Assembly (NCBI RefSeq): GCF_964355755.1
Contig: NC_092672.1
Location: 18,427,237 to 18,491,236, forward strand
Length of the DNA: 64,000 nucleotides
Reading direction: 5' to 3'
Origin: Antedon mediterranea
Taxonomy: Eukaryota; Animalia; Echinodermata
Part shown: piece by piece, positions 1 to 11,679 of the stretch
How the letters are laid out: the number at the start of each line of letters is the position of its first letter
Numbering within the stretch: the stretch's first letter is position 1
Made by a program: the position numbers and the translations under genes
The notes under the pieces: model-generated
Seen by the model: the letters and a program-made list of their open reading frames with translations, nothing else
The model's database searches: none
Told to the model about the DNA's origin: nothing

Positions 1-45
1 TCGAAACGTCGTTCTCTTTTAAGCGTTATTTTTATATTATGTATA
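1..45 (+). mobile_element. 3' half of a Penelope-like pseudo-LTR/hammerhead region, cut by the window start
   Basis: TCGAAACGTCGTTCTCTTTTAAGCGTTATTTTTATATTATGTAT is nearly identical to the reverse complement of ~44755-44798, which follows a GIY-YIG tail. Confidence 0.55.
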
Positions 46-249
46 TATTCTTTGGTAAGGTCAAAGACTTTTGAGTAAACAATCTACCGCGTACGGCCGT
101 ACGTACGTGCTACACATTTTCTACGTGTTTCGTTAGATGTAATGAAAATAAAAATAGTTGACCTGAAGGGATCAATGATGATATGATATGTAAATAAACA
201 AACACTCAAAAGAATTATGTTTACAGTTCAATTATTGTCAGAATAAATA

Positions 250-362
250 GTTTATTTTTTTCCCCGGCACCTTTGTTTGCCGACGGCCGCGATGATGTGC
301 CGACGGAAACGAAATCAGGGGGAGCCCGGGCCCCCTCGGCCCCCCTACTGGATACGCCACTG
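250..362. mobile_element. hAT-type MITE end
   Basis: GC-rich block ending TGGATACGCCACTG (rc CAGTGGCGTATCCA); similar ends at ~36204 and ~44405; left boundary uncertain. Confidence 0.4.
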
Positions 363-1690
363 ACCACCACCACCACCACCAATGGCAGAAACCCCACATC
401 GTAGTAGTAGTAGTAGGCCTAGTACTCCTCAGAGTCAAAGTTCTGACGATCGTGAGAAAGGTATACTTTGTTTACATTTTTTAGGTCTCTTGATTTATCA
501 TTTATAATAACACTTCTGCAAATTGTTTAAACAGTAATAATTATTTCCCTTTTACACTTGGAAACTAATTTTATTTTGCGCTATACACAGTTAAAACCAT
601 TACCATTAATTGCTATTTTATTATTGTAAATATGGTATACAAAATATATTTAAAAAAAATAAAATTTAACTGTTGTCATATCTTGCAGGCTTTCATATAA
701 CCGTTTTTAAGGTACTGGAAAAGCTATCAAACAGCATTAATGACGTGAAAAAGCAGGTGGAGCGGAACACGTCGCTGTTGTTAGAGTTACAGACAGAAAA
801 GGCCAGTGATATAGCTCAAAATACAGAAGAAGAAACCGAGACATACGGACTTCCATTGGATTCTATAAACGATATGGAAGAATTCGAGAAGAAGCTGGAG
901 GATAAATAATTTTCAAAGAAAATAGTAAGGGAAATAATATGCATTCAATGGTTTCAAATATTATGTAAATGTCCTATAAGTTTTTAAAGTGAATTAGATA
1001 ATAAACACACAAATGAAGTTAAAATATCAGATCCGTTGTGGAAATCAAGTATATAGGCCTACTAATAAACAAAATGAAATTATAAATTATTATCTTACAG
1101 ATTTCTCAGTTAAGTTTGATTGGTGGCCGAAATTTGGCCGAAATTGGAAAATCTATTCTGGCCCACTTAATGACAAACAAGTTGGCCATGAAATATAATT
1201 AGACTGGTCAGAAAGACAAGAGCCAGTTAAACAAACTTATCTTGGGTAAGTGTACAATATTTTAAACAAAGACAAAAAGATAAGATTTATTTTCATAATG
1301 TCCTAATTATTCTAAATAAAGACGTTAAGAAGCAAGTTGAGAGCAACACATCGCTGTTATTAGATTTGAAAACTAAAAAGGCCAATAATTGATTCAAAAC
1401 ACAAGACATTTGGACTACCTTCGGGGAATTGGAAGATTTTGTGAAGAAACCTTTTTTATATTCAGTGTTCGAACAATTATAACATGTGAATTGAAAAAAT
1501 AATTGACTTGCTAGTGATAAATAATCTAGGATGTTTTTTTTTAGCCGCTGTTTGGAAAAACAGACAAACAAAAGAGGCGACAAAGAATGAAGTGAAAGCC
1601 GTCATTGTTAAGTTTCTAACAAACGCCCGGGATAGAGATGGAGGACGCAACAAACGGCAAAATCCAGAAGAGCAAGAGATAGGCCTATAG
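363..1690 (+). pseudogene. DUF4806 (BEN-like) domain gene, spliced, with premature stops
   Basis: Phase-compatible GT-AG exons ~363-460 (PPPPMAETPH..DREK), ~689-923 (LPLDSINDMEEFEKKL, TAA 907-909), 1101-~1250 (LSLIGGRN..LMTNKLAMKYN*TGQKDK), 1545-1690 (AV..T..EV..I.KFLTNARDRDGGR); motif order typical of DUF4806. Confidence 0.72.
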
Positions 1691-2197
1691 TCTAATTGAT
1701 CATTTTAGCAGCCTATTTTTTTTTTATAATTGCAATAAATTCTTGAACTTTTTTTAAATCTGTATAGTAAAATGTCTTGAATTTTGTCGCTTGAAATTAT
1801 AGCTAGGATATTTACAATTGACCACGATGTTTAAAACAAGAGCATAACCATAAATTGTACTTCCAGTTGAAAAATTACAGAAATTATAATTATTTAATGA
1901 CTTCTATACCGTTGGGATATGACATTCAATAAAGGTACGCAACTGTAATTTTTCTAAAACCTCGTTTTATTGGATTTTTTCCTCTTTTTTGGCTTTTTTC
2001 CTCTTTTATTGAAAATGGTGTGCGGCTAGTTTTATTTCAATATCTTCGCATCTTTACAACGCACAATCATTTTTTTTCCCTGTCGTTCATTAAACTATAG
2101 ACGGCACATTTAAATTATGTGACGGATATGACACAAAACTGCGGGACAAGCTTTTTCCAAACAAAAAATTAAAAATTTTAGATGTAATGTATGTAGA

Positions 2198-2800
2198 GAT
2201 TCTATGTGGGGTACTTGTCTCTAATACTGTGTGTTTCCCAGGATGCAATCAGTCCCATAAGTGATTCTATGTGGGGTACTTGCCTCTAATAATGTGTGCT
2301 AAATTATAATGCAATATCTCAGTCCCATAAGTAATTCTATGTGAGGGACTTGCTCTAATAATGTGTTCTAAAGTTGCAATATCTCAGTCCCATAAGTAAT
2401 TCTATGTGGGGTACTTGTCTCTAATAATGTGTGCTAAAGTTGCAATATCTCAGTCCCCTAACTATTTCTTTGTGGGGTACTTGCCTCTAATAATGTGTGT
2501 TAAATTATAATGCAATATCTCAGTCCCATAAGTAATTCTATGTGGGGTACTTGTCTCTAATAATGTGTGCTAAAGTTGCAATATCTCAGTCCCCTAACTA
2601 TTTCTTTGTGGGGTACTTGCCTCTAATAATGTGTGTTAAATTATAATGCAATATCTCAGTCCCATAAGTAATTCTATGTGGGGTACTTGTCTCTAATAAT
2701 GTGTGCTAAAGTTGCAATATCTCAGTCCTTTAACTATTTCTATAGGGTACTTTCCTCTAATAATGTGTGTTTAATATTGCAATGTCTTTGTCCCATAGAT
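2198..2800. repeat. 66/69-bp tandem satellite with internal dyad (copy 1)
   Basis: Unit GTCCCATAAGTAATTCTATGTGGGGTACTTGYCTCTAATAATGTGTGCTAAA(GT/TTATAA)TGCAATATCTCA, ~9 units; CCCAGGATGCAA at 2237. Confidence 0.95.
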
Positions 2801-2975
2801 AATTAAATGTAATCAATTGAATTGATAATTTTTTGTCCCTAAAGTATTGATTAAATTGTTTGTCTCAAACAAATCTGCAGTGCATAAAAATTTCATTTTT
2901 ATACATTGATCATTTAATATGAATATCAACCTAATTTCATTTACATTACTTTCAAATTTGGAAATATTCTATGTT

Positions 2976-3390
2976 GGGTCATTCCATGTCAAATCACCCA
3001 ATGGGTTAAACTCTACTTTCTTCAAATTTGCTCAAATTTGGTTTTTGGGTTATTTTTAGCTAAAAAACCTGAAATTTTTAATTTGAGCACCATACGACCA
3101 ACGGTTGGCGCGTGCGCCGTCATTTCTTCGCGATTTTGCGCAAAATCGATGCGGCGGGCTATACTTAAATGACCGTATCTCCGTAACGTGTGGACCGATT
3201 TTGTTGTGACAGGTATCTTTGGAAAGCTAATTGTTAAAGCTATCCAAATCTTCTATTTACTTTTGAGATAGAACTATTTAAAAGATGTATAACTTATTCT
3301 ATTCCATTTGACCTAGGATTTGACCTTGTGGGACAAATTTTTTTTAGATGAAATTTTGTGAAAATTATCTCCTACATGATATTTACATTA
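2976..3390 (+). mobile_element. Solo TIR fragment of a second Sola2 family
   Basis: Starts GGGTCATTCCATGTCAAATCACCCAA, related to the terminus at 22021; absent from duplicate copy 2, where ~90 bp of other sequence (8033-8124) sits at this position. Confidence 0.7.
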
Positions 3391-3465
3391 CCAATTTTGG
3401 TATTACCGGTAGAAAGTTTAGGTGGTTATTAAGATAGGAAACTTGGATTTCTTATATTGTTATAG

Positions 3466-5365
3466 TCTCGATGCGACCATAGAACCATTGAATGAAGAAG
3501 GAATATTCTTGGGAAGGTTAGTTAACCATGGAACTAAAAAAGAGGTAAAGCGACACTATGTTGGCCAAGTGATGAGAATGTCAGCAAGACTGTTAATACA
3601 GTTACGGAAAATGACACAGTCAAATGCTTCCATGGATCACTTTATTAGACCACAGCAGTTCGATACTGTTGTTCAAGCAGTACGCCTTGCTGCTGGCAAT
3701 ACTGATTGAAGTAGAGCGACCTTCCGTTGCTCTAAAACTGGGGCATAATTTATCAAAATTAGCAGCAATAAAAAGGTGTACAGCCCTAAGAACAGGAGAT
3801 AAGGTGGCAGAACAGGGAGATAAGGTGGCAGAACAGGAAGCCAAGAGTTTCCTTAAGTTAAAAGAAGCTGAATGGGCTGAACAAATTTCAGCTGAAGTAC
3901 TTGGCACTATATCGAAACGGAAGTTTAAGCAAGTGACTGAACTGCCAGAGTCGGCCGATTTAAGCAAATTTACTACATTTCTGATAGAGAATATTAAGGA
4001 TGCTACGGATGAATTAAAAAAACCATCGGCCAAGACATTCAGAAGATGCTGTCAATTAGTTCTTGCTCGCCTAACTACTTTCAACAAAAGGAGAACAGGC
4101 GAAACCGAGCAACTTAGGTAAGTTATTTATTGCCTTGATGTCATATTCAAATAAATTACAATGTGAACCTAGCAACTGCTTGGTTACTACCCTAAGAGCA
4201 TTGAAATTAACGTTAATTGTAATTCATGCACCATTGGATTACAGTACCGTAAAAATCAAAAGTGTGATGTTGCGTGATAATACAACCCCCTGTTTTTCTA
4301 TTGTAATTTGCTATTTTAAGCCTCATCTTATATGCAAGAATATACAGTAGTCAATTTTTTACTGTATGTAAATTTAGTAACTACAATTATTTTTATAGTG
4401 TATGAGGAATACTAAACATTTGTTTTTTTAAATGTTTAGATGCTCTTAATTAATTGAGAAAACAAATCGCTTTTTGGTATACATTAATTTAACACGCTCA
4501 CTGCCAAGCCAATTGTCAAAGTTCGGTTACATGTGCCAAGCCAAATAGAGGGTGGCTTATATTCTTCTTTTTATTCGCAAAAATAGAGGCAGTTATATTA
4601 CCCCCAAACTAGAGGGTGTCATACTATCCATAACAATGTTTGCTATTTGCCAGCGACACAGAGGGCTGTACTGTACACCAGCTGTACCAATTGTAATTGC
4701 ACAAACACAATAATCGTCCTACGCATTTTGCACAACACCCTGTTGGACGAGTATACCTTGCTAACGTCTTAAATATTGTTGGCAGTTTTAGTATGATATT
4801 ACAAGATTAATTTTTGTTTTTACCCACTAGCTTGGAGTCTTGCATAAATCGAACCAATTGGGAAGCATCAAGTATAAGTGACTTAAAAAATTATTTGACT
4901 TCACTTGAAAGTCACCTAGGAATTGGACATGATTTTCACACGTGGCAAACGTGGAAGGAACCTATTATTATTCCATCAGGGAGCAAGAGAGCATGGACCA
5001 GCTAATTGCTTGCCGTAGTGTTTGTGGTGTCCCTGAGGGCAATAAATACTTCTTTGCTTGACCCGGCTACACAACAAATTTACGGGCATGCGACTGCATT
5101 CAAGAACTCGCTGAGGAAGCTGATTTGCAGAAACCACTTAATTCGTAGCACAAAAATGAGAAAATACATTGCAACAGTCAGTCAAATTCTTAACCTAAAG
5201 GAATCACAGTTAGATTGGTTGGCGGATCATCTTGGACATAGTATCAATGTGCACAGGGACTACTATCGTCTCTCAACACCTACCATTGAATTGACAAAAG
5301 TTGCTAAACTTTTGATTGCGATCGACAATGGCAACGTTGGAAAATTTGTTGGGAAATCGTCATAG
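3466..5365 (+). pseudogene. SET-motif / tyrosine-recombinase-like gene, copy 1 (deleted, frameshifted)
   Basis: Exon 3466-~4117: SLDAT..LGRLVNHG (SET), PS.ALKLGH.L, EW...IS, LP...DL, FNKRRTGE (YR box I Arg). Exon ~4831-5365: TRGKRGR, YFFA, STKMRKYIAT, LADHLGHSINVHRDYY (box II Arg/His/Tyr). Confidence 0.8.
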
Positions 5366-5634
5366 TTGCTCTATTTTAAACATTGAGTTACCTTCATTAT
5401 TACAGTACTTGGCAAAATAATGTTGTCAAGTATAGTATAGTAGTTATAGACCAGGGGGCTAACAGGTATATTCTCACAGACTATGCCTATTGAAATATTT
5501 TTTTTTATTATCGTAGCAAATGACGAGATAGAAGAAATAGCGGGAACATCGGTCGCTTCTCTGTAGGACTCAATGATTGGTAATATACCCCTTTTTTAAG
5601 TGGCTGTGAACAATTTGTATTTGAAGTTAAATTT

Positions 5635-5860
5635 TTCTTTCTTTTATTTTCTTTTATTCAATTTAAACAATGATAACCGGTATCATAGTAATAAACAATA
5701 AGGTAATCAAACTAATTTTTTAAAAATATATAGAGATACTTGTACTTAAAAAAAAACAAAGAAGTGTGAAAGGAGGTCAAATAAGTATGATACTTTAAGC
5801 TTCACTCCCTATTGAAGACTGCAGGGGACGACGGTACATGAGAAAAAAAATTTTACATAG
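5635..5860 (-). mobile_element. Non-LTR retroposon 3' tail fragment
   Basis: Same sequence at ~10375-10620 and 62081-62448; minus strand ends AATAAA plus A-rich tail. Confidence 0.55.
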
Positions 5861-6223
5861 CATTTTTTACAATTTGTAGTGTATATTATCTTTTTTATGA
5901 TAATAATCATTTTATTGTAGTTTTTCATAGCGAGAGGGCGTTATTTTGAGTATAATATGTTACCATTTTAAATTAAACAAATAGACCCTCTTGAAAAATA
6001 AATACCCCAAGGCGTTTATTCAAATAAACATGGAATAGTACGCCCATATGCAATACTAATCCTGTTTCTTTTTCATATGCGTTAATATTTCGTGTTACAT
6101 AATTCATTTATTATTATGTGATGTACTAGAGATTTTTTTGTACTGTTCTTTGGTTTTCCTTTACAATGTGTGTTATATACATATTAATAATCATTATTTA
6201 CCGTATTATTTATACTCCAAAAA

Positions 6224-6365
6224 GGTAAACTATTTAAGCGCCTTGACGGGATACTGTTTGTCGATTATGAGGAAGGTGGCCACCAACAATGTGCTGTCAC
6301 TTTACAGTTATAAGGGCCGAAAAGGCAAAGCTGCATTTTGCACGACGCAGCTGTGCAGTATAATT
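6224..6365 (+). pseudogene. Isolated DUF4806-type exon, second paralog (copy 1, internal deletion)
   Basis: YLSALTG..IMRKVATNNVLSLYSYKGRKGKAAFCTTQLCSII. Confidence 0.6.
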
Positions 6366-6470
6366 TTATTTTTTTATTGATTTACTTATTTAAATTTTAT
6401 TTCATCATCACCCTACAGTGACCAAACGTCACCCTTAAGGGTTGAAAGTCGTAAAATATAACATATTATA

Positions 6471-7870
6471 TAATAATGTGTGCTAAAGTTGCAATACCTC
6501 AGTCCCCTAACTATTTCTATGGGGGTACTTGTCTCTAATAATGTGTGCTAAAGTTGCAATATCTCAGTCCCATAAGTAATTCTATGTGGGGTACTTGCCT
6601 CTAATAATGTGTGCTAAAGTTGCAATATCTCAGTCCCATAAGTAATTCTATGGGGGTACTTGCCTCTAATAATGTGTGCTAAAGTTGCAATATCTCAGTC
6701 CCATAAGTAATTCTATGTGGGGTACTTGTCTCTAATAATGTGTGCTAAAGTTGCAATATCTCAGTCCCCTAACTATTTCTATGGGGGTACTTGTCTCTAA
6801 TAATGTGTGCTAAAGTTGCAATATCTCAGTCCCATAAGTAATTCTATGTGGGGTACTTGTCTCTAATAATGTGTGCTAAAGTTGCAATACCTCAGTCCCC
6901 TAACTATTTCTTTGTGGGGTACTTGCCTCTAATAATGTGTGTTAAATTATAATGCAATATCTCAGTCCCATAAGTAATTCTATGTGGGGTACTTGTCTCT
7001 AATAATGTGTGCTAAAGTTGCAATACCTCAGTCCCCTAACTATTTCTTTGTGGGGTACTTGCCTCTAATAATGTGTGTTAAATTATAATGCAATATCTCA
7101 GTCCCATAAGTAATTCTATGTGGGGTACTTGTCTCTAATAATGTGTGCTAAAGTTGCAATATCTCAGTCCTTTAACTATTTCTTTGTGGGGTACTTGCCT
7201 CTAATAATGTGTGTTAAATTATAATGCAATATCTCAGTCCCATAAGTAATTCTATGTGGGGTACTTGCCTCTAATAATGTGTGCTAAATTATAATGCAAT
7301 ATCTCAGTCCCATAAGTAATTCTATGTGGGGTACTTGCCTCTAATAATGTGTGCTAAATTATAATGCAATATCTCAGTCCCATAAGTAATTCTATGTGGG
7401 GTACTTGCCTCTAATAATGTGTGCTAAATTATAATGCAATATCTCAGTCCCATAAGTAATTCTATGTGGGGTACTTGCCTCTAATAATGTGTGCTAAATT
7501 ATAATGCAATGTCTCAGTCCCATAAGTAATTCTATGTGGGGTACTTGCCTCTAATAATGTGTGCTAAATTATAATGCAATATCTCAGTCCCATAAGTAAT
7601 TCTATGTGGGGTACTTGTCTCTAATAATGTGTGCTAAATTATAATGCAATATCTCAGTCCCATAAGTAATTCTATGTGGGGTACTTGCCTCTAATAATGT
7701 GTGCTAAATTATAATGCAATATCTCAGTCCCATAAGTAATTCTATGTGGGGTACTTGTCTCTAATAATGTGTGCTAAAGTTGCAATGTCTCAGTTCCCTA
7801 ACTATTGCTATAGGGTACTTGCCTCTAATAATGTGTGTTTAATATTGCAATGTCTTTGTCCCATAGATAG
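6471..7870. repeat. 66/69-bp tandem satellite (copy 2, ~21 units)
   Basis: Same unit as 2198-2800; alternating 66+69 units then a run of 69-bp units. Confidence 0.95.
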
Positions 7871-8199
7871 TTAAATGTAATCAATTGAATTGCAAATTTT
7901 TTGTCCCTAAAGTATTGATTAAATTGTTTGTCAAATCTGCAGTGCATAAAAATTTCATTTTTATACATTGATCATTATGAATATCAACCTAATTTCATTT
8001 ACATTACTTTCAATTTTGGAAATATTCTATGTTTCAAAGTAAGTTATTTCTGCAATTGAAGGTAAACTTAACAATAATTATACAGTGAAAACAATTCTGT
8101 TCCATTCCTTATTCCCTTTAAATGCCAATTTTGGTATTACCGGTAGAAAGTTTAGGTGGTTATTAAGATAGGAAACTTGGATTTCTTATATTGTTATAG

Positions 8200-10097
8200 T
8201 CTCGATGCGACCATAGAACCATTGAATGAAGAAGGATTATTCTTGGGAAGGTTAGTTAACCATGGAACTAAAAAAGAGGTAAAGCGACACTATGTTGGCC
8301 AAGTGATGAGAATGTCAGCAAGACTGTTAATACAGTTACGGAAAATGACACAGTCAAATGCTTCCATGGATCACTTTATTAGACCACAGCAGTTCGATAC
8401 TGTTGTTCAAGCAGTACGCCTTGCTGCTGGCAATACTGTTGAAGTAGAGCGACCTTCCGTTGCTCTAAAACTGGGCATAATTTATCAAAATTAGCAGCAA
8501 TAAAAAGGTGTACAGCCCTAAGAACAGGAGATAAGGTGGCAGAACAGGGAGATAAGGTGGCAGAACAGGAAGCCAAGAGTTTCCTTAAGTTAAAAGAAGC
8601 TGAATGGGCTGAACAAATTTCAGCTGAAGTACTTGGCACTATATCGAAACGGAAGTTTAAGCAAGTGACTGAACTGCCAGAGTCGGCCGATTTAAGCAAA
8701 TTTACTACATTTCTGATAGAGAATATTAAGGATGCTACGGATGAATTAAAAAAACCATCGGCCAAGACATTCAGAAGATGCTGTCAATTAGTTCTTGCTC
8801 GCCTAACTACTTTCAACAAAAGGAGAACAGGTGAAACCGAGCAACTTAGGTAAGTTATTTATTGCCTTGATGTCATATTCAAATAAATTACAATGTGAAC
8901 CTAGCAACTGCTTGGTTACTACCCTAAGAGCATTGAAATTAACGTTAATTGTAATTCATGCACCATTGGATTACAGTACCGTAAAAATCAAAAGTGTGAT
9001 GTTGCGTGATAATACAACCCCCTGTTTTTCGATTGTAATTTGCTATTTTAAGCCTCATCTTATATGCAAGAATATACAGTAGTCAATTTTTTACTGTATG
9101 TAAATTTAGTAACTACAATTATTTTTATAGTGTATGAGGAATACTAAACATTTGTTTTTTTTAATGTTTAGATGCTCTTAATTAATTGAGAAAACAAATC
9201 GCTTTTTGGTATACATTAATTTAACACGCTCACTGCCAAGCCAATTGTCAAAGTTCGGTTACATGTGCCAAGCCAAATAGAGGGTGGCTTATATTCTTCT
9301 TTTTATTCGCAAAAATAGAGGCAGTTATATTACCCCCAAACTAGAGGGTGTCATACTATCCATAACAATGTTTGCTATTTGCCAGCGGCACAGAGGGCTG
9401 TACTGTACACCAGCTGTACCAATTGTAATCGCACAAACACAATAATCGTCCTACGCATTTTGCACAACACCCTGTTGGACGAGTATACCTTGCTAACGTC
9501 TTAAATATTGTTGGCAGTTTTAGTATGATATAACAAGATTAATTTTTGTTTTTACCCACTAGCTTGGAGTCTTGCATAAATCGAACCAATTGGGAAGCAT
9601 CAAGTATAAGTGACTTAAAAAATTATTTGACTTCACTTGAAAGTCACCTAGGAATTGGACATGATTTTCACACGTGGCAAACGTGGAAGGAACCTATTAT
9701 TATTCCATCAGGGAGCAAGAGAGCATGGACCAGCTAATTGCTTGCCTTAGTGTTTGTGGTGTCCCTGAGGGCAATAAATACTTCTTTGCTTGACATGGCT
9801 ACACAACAAATTTACGGGCATGCGACTGCATTCAAGAACTCGCTGAGGAAGCTGATTTGCAGAAACCACACTTAATTCGTAGCACAAAAATGAGAAAATA
9901 CATTGCAACAGTCAGTCAAATTCTTAACCTAAAGGAATTAGTTAGATTGGTTGGCGGATCATCTTGGACATAGTATCAATGTGCACAGGGACTACTATCG
10001 TCTCTCAACACCTACCATTGAATTGACAAAAGTTGCTAAACTTTTGATTGCGGTCGACAATGGCAACGTTGGAAAATTTGTTGGGAAATCGTCATAG
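8200..10097 (+). pseudogene. SET-motif / tyrosine-recombinase-like gene, copy 2
   Basis: Near-identical to 3466-5365 with different frameshifts (ORFs 8156-8494, 8536-8853). Confidence 0.8.
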
Positions 10098-10990
10098 TTG
10101 CTCTATTTTAAACATTGAGTTACCTTCATTATTACAGTACTTGGCAAAATAATGTTGTCAAGTATAGTATAGTAGTTATAGACCAGGGGGCTAACAGGTA
10201 TATTCTCACAGACTATGCCTATTGAAATATTTTTTTTTATTATCGTAGCAAATGACGAGATAGAAGAAATAGCGGGAACATCGGTCGCTTCTCTGTAGGA
10301 CTCAATGATTGGTAATATACCCCTTTTTTAAGTGGCTGTGAACAATTTGTATTTGAAGTTCAATTTTTCTTTCTTTTATTTTCTTTTATTCAATTTTTTT
10401 TCACACTTCAAAAATAATACAAGTTATATGTGAAACAATGATAACAGGTATCATAGTAATAAACAATAAGGTAATCAAACTAATTTAAAAAAAATATATA
10501 GAGATACTTGTACTTTTAAAAAAAACAAAGAAGTGTGAAAGGAAGTCAAATAAGTATGATACTTTAATCTTGACTCCCTATTGAAGACTGCAGGGGACGA
10601 CGGTACATGAGAAAAAAAAATTTACATAGCATTTTTTACAATTTGTAGTGTATATTATCTTTTTTATGATAATAATCATTTTATTGTAGTTTTTCATAGC
10701 GAGAGGGCGTTATTTTGAGTATAATATGTTACCATTTTAAATTAAACAAATAGACCCGCTTGAAAAATAAATACCCCAAGGCGTTTATTCAAATAAACAT
10801 GGAATAGTAGGCCCATATGTAATACTAATCCTGTTTCTTTTTCATATGCGTTAATATTTCGTGTTACATAATTCATCTATTATGTGATGTACTTGAGACT
10901 TTTTTTAACTGTTCTTTAGTGTTCCTTTACAATGTGTGTTATATACATATTAATAATCATTATTTACCGTATTATTTATACTCCAAAAAG

Positions 10991-11145
10991 GTAAACTATT
11001 TAAGCGCCTTGACGGGACACAGGGCAGGTGATACGGTTTGTCGATTATGAGGAAGGTGGCCACCAACAATGTGCTGTCACTTTACAGTTATAAGGGCCGA
11101 AAAGGCAAAGCTGAATTTTGCAAGACGCAGCTGTGCAGTGTAATT
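10991..11145 (+). pseudogene. Isolated DUF4806-type exon (copy 2, more complete)
   Basis: YLSALTGTRAGDTVCRIMRKVATNNVLSLYSYKGRKGKAEFCKTQLCSVI, with a small frameshift. Confidence 0.62.
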
Positions 11146-11679
11146 TTATTTTTTTATTTATTTATTTATTTTTATTTTTTTTTTAAATTTTATTTCATCA
11201 TCACCCTACAGTGACCAAACGTCACCCTTAACAGGGTTGAAAGTCGTAAAATATAACATATTATATACAAGCAAAAATCAACAGATAACAAGACAACATT
11301 TAAATATTACTGACATTAGACAAAACCTTGTGACGGAAACAAGCAAGGGAATCAAACAAAATATCAACAGATCCATCAATTTTACATAATAATAAGTAAG
11401 TCTAGTATTAGCCTAATAGGCTTAGTCATTGTCTATGTTGATTACTAGTCTTGTTGAAATTTTATAGCAGTTTTAAATGTTACTAGACGCTTAAAACCAA
11501 ATGTGCTCATGCACATTAGTACTTATGTGTTCGGCGCGCGCATAATGTAAAAGTACTGAACTTTCTAAATTATAAGTCGTTTATTTACTAACAACAATTT
11601 ATGTCATAATACAGAATTTTAAAGTTTTAAATGTGTACATTGTGACTAATAACTCTCATTCAAATTGTTCATCTTTAGA

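Larger units (their letters stand above)
2200..11268 (+). repeat. Tandem segmental duplication (copy 1 ~2200-6470, copy 2 6471-~11268)
   Basis: Colinear near-identical sequence at ~4.7-4.8 kb offset; junction at 6470/6471 where ...ATATAACATATTATATA runs into the satellite. Confidence 0.93.

Noticed and set aside
238-438. Poly-Trp/Thr ORF on the minus strand
   Set aside because: Antisense of CCA/AGT codon runs of the DUF4806 exon plus MITE sequence
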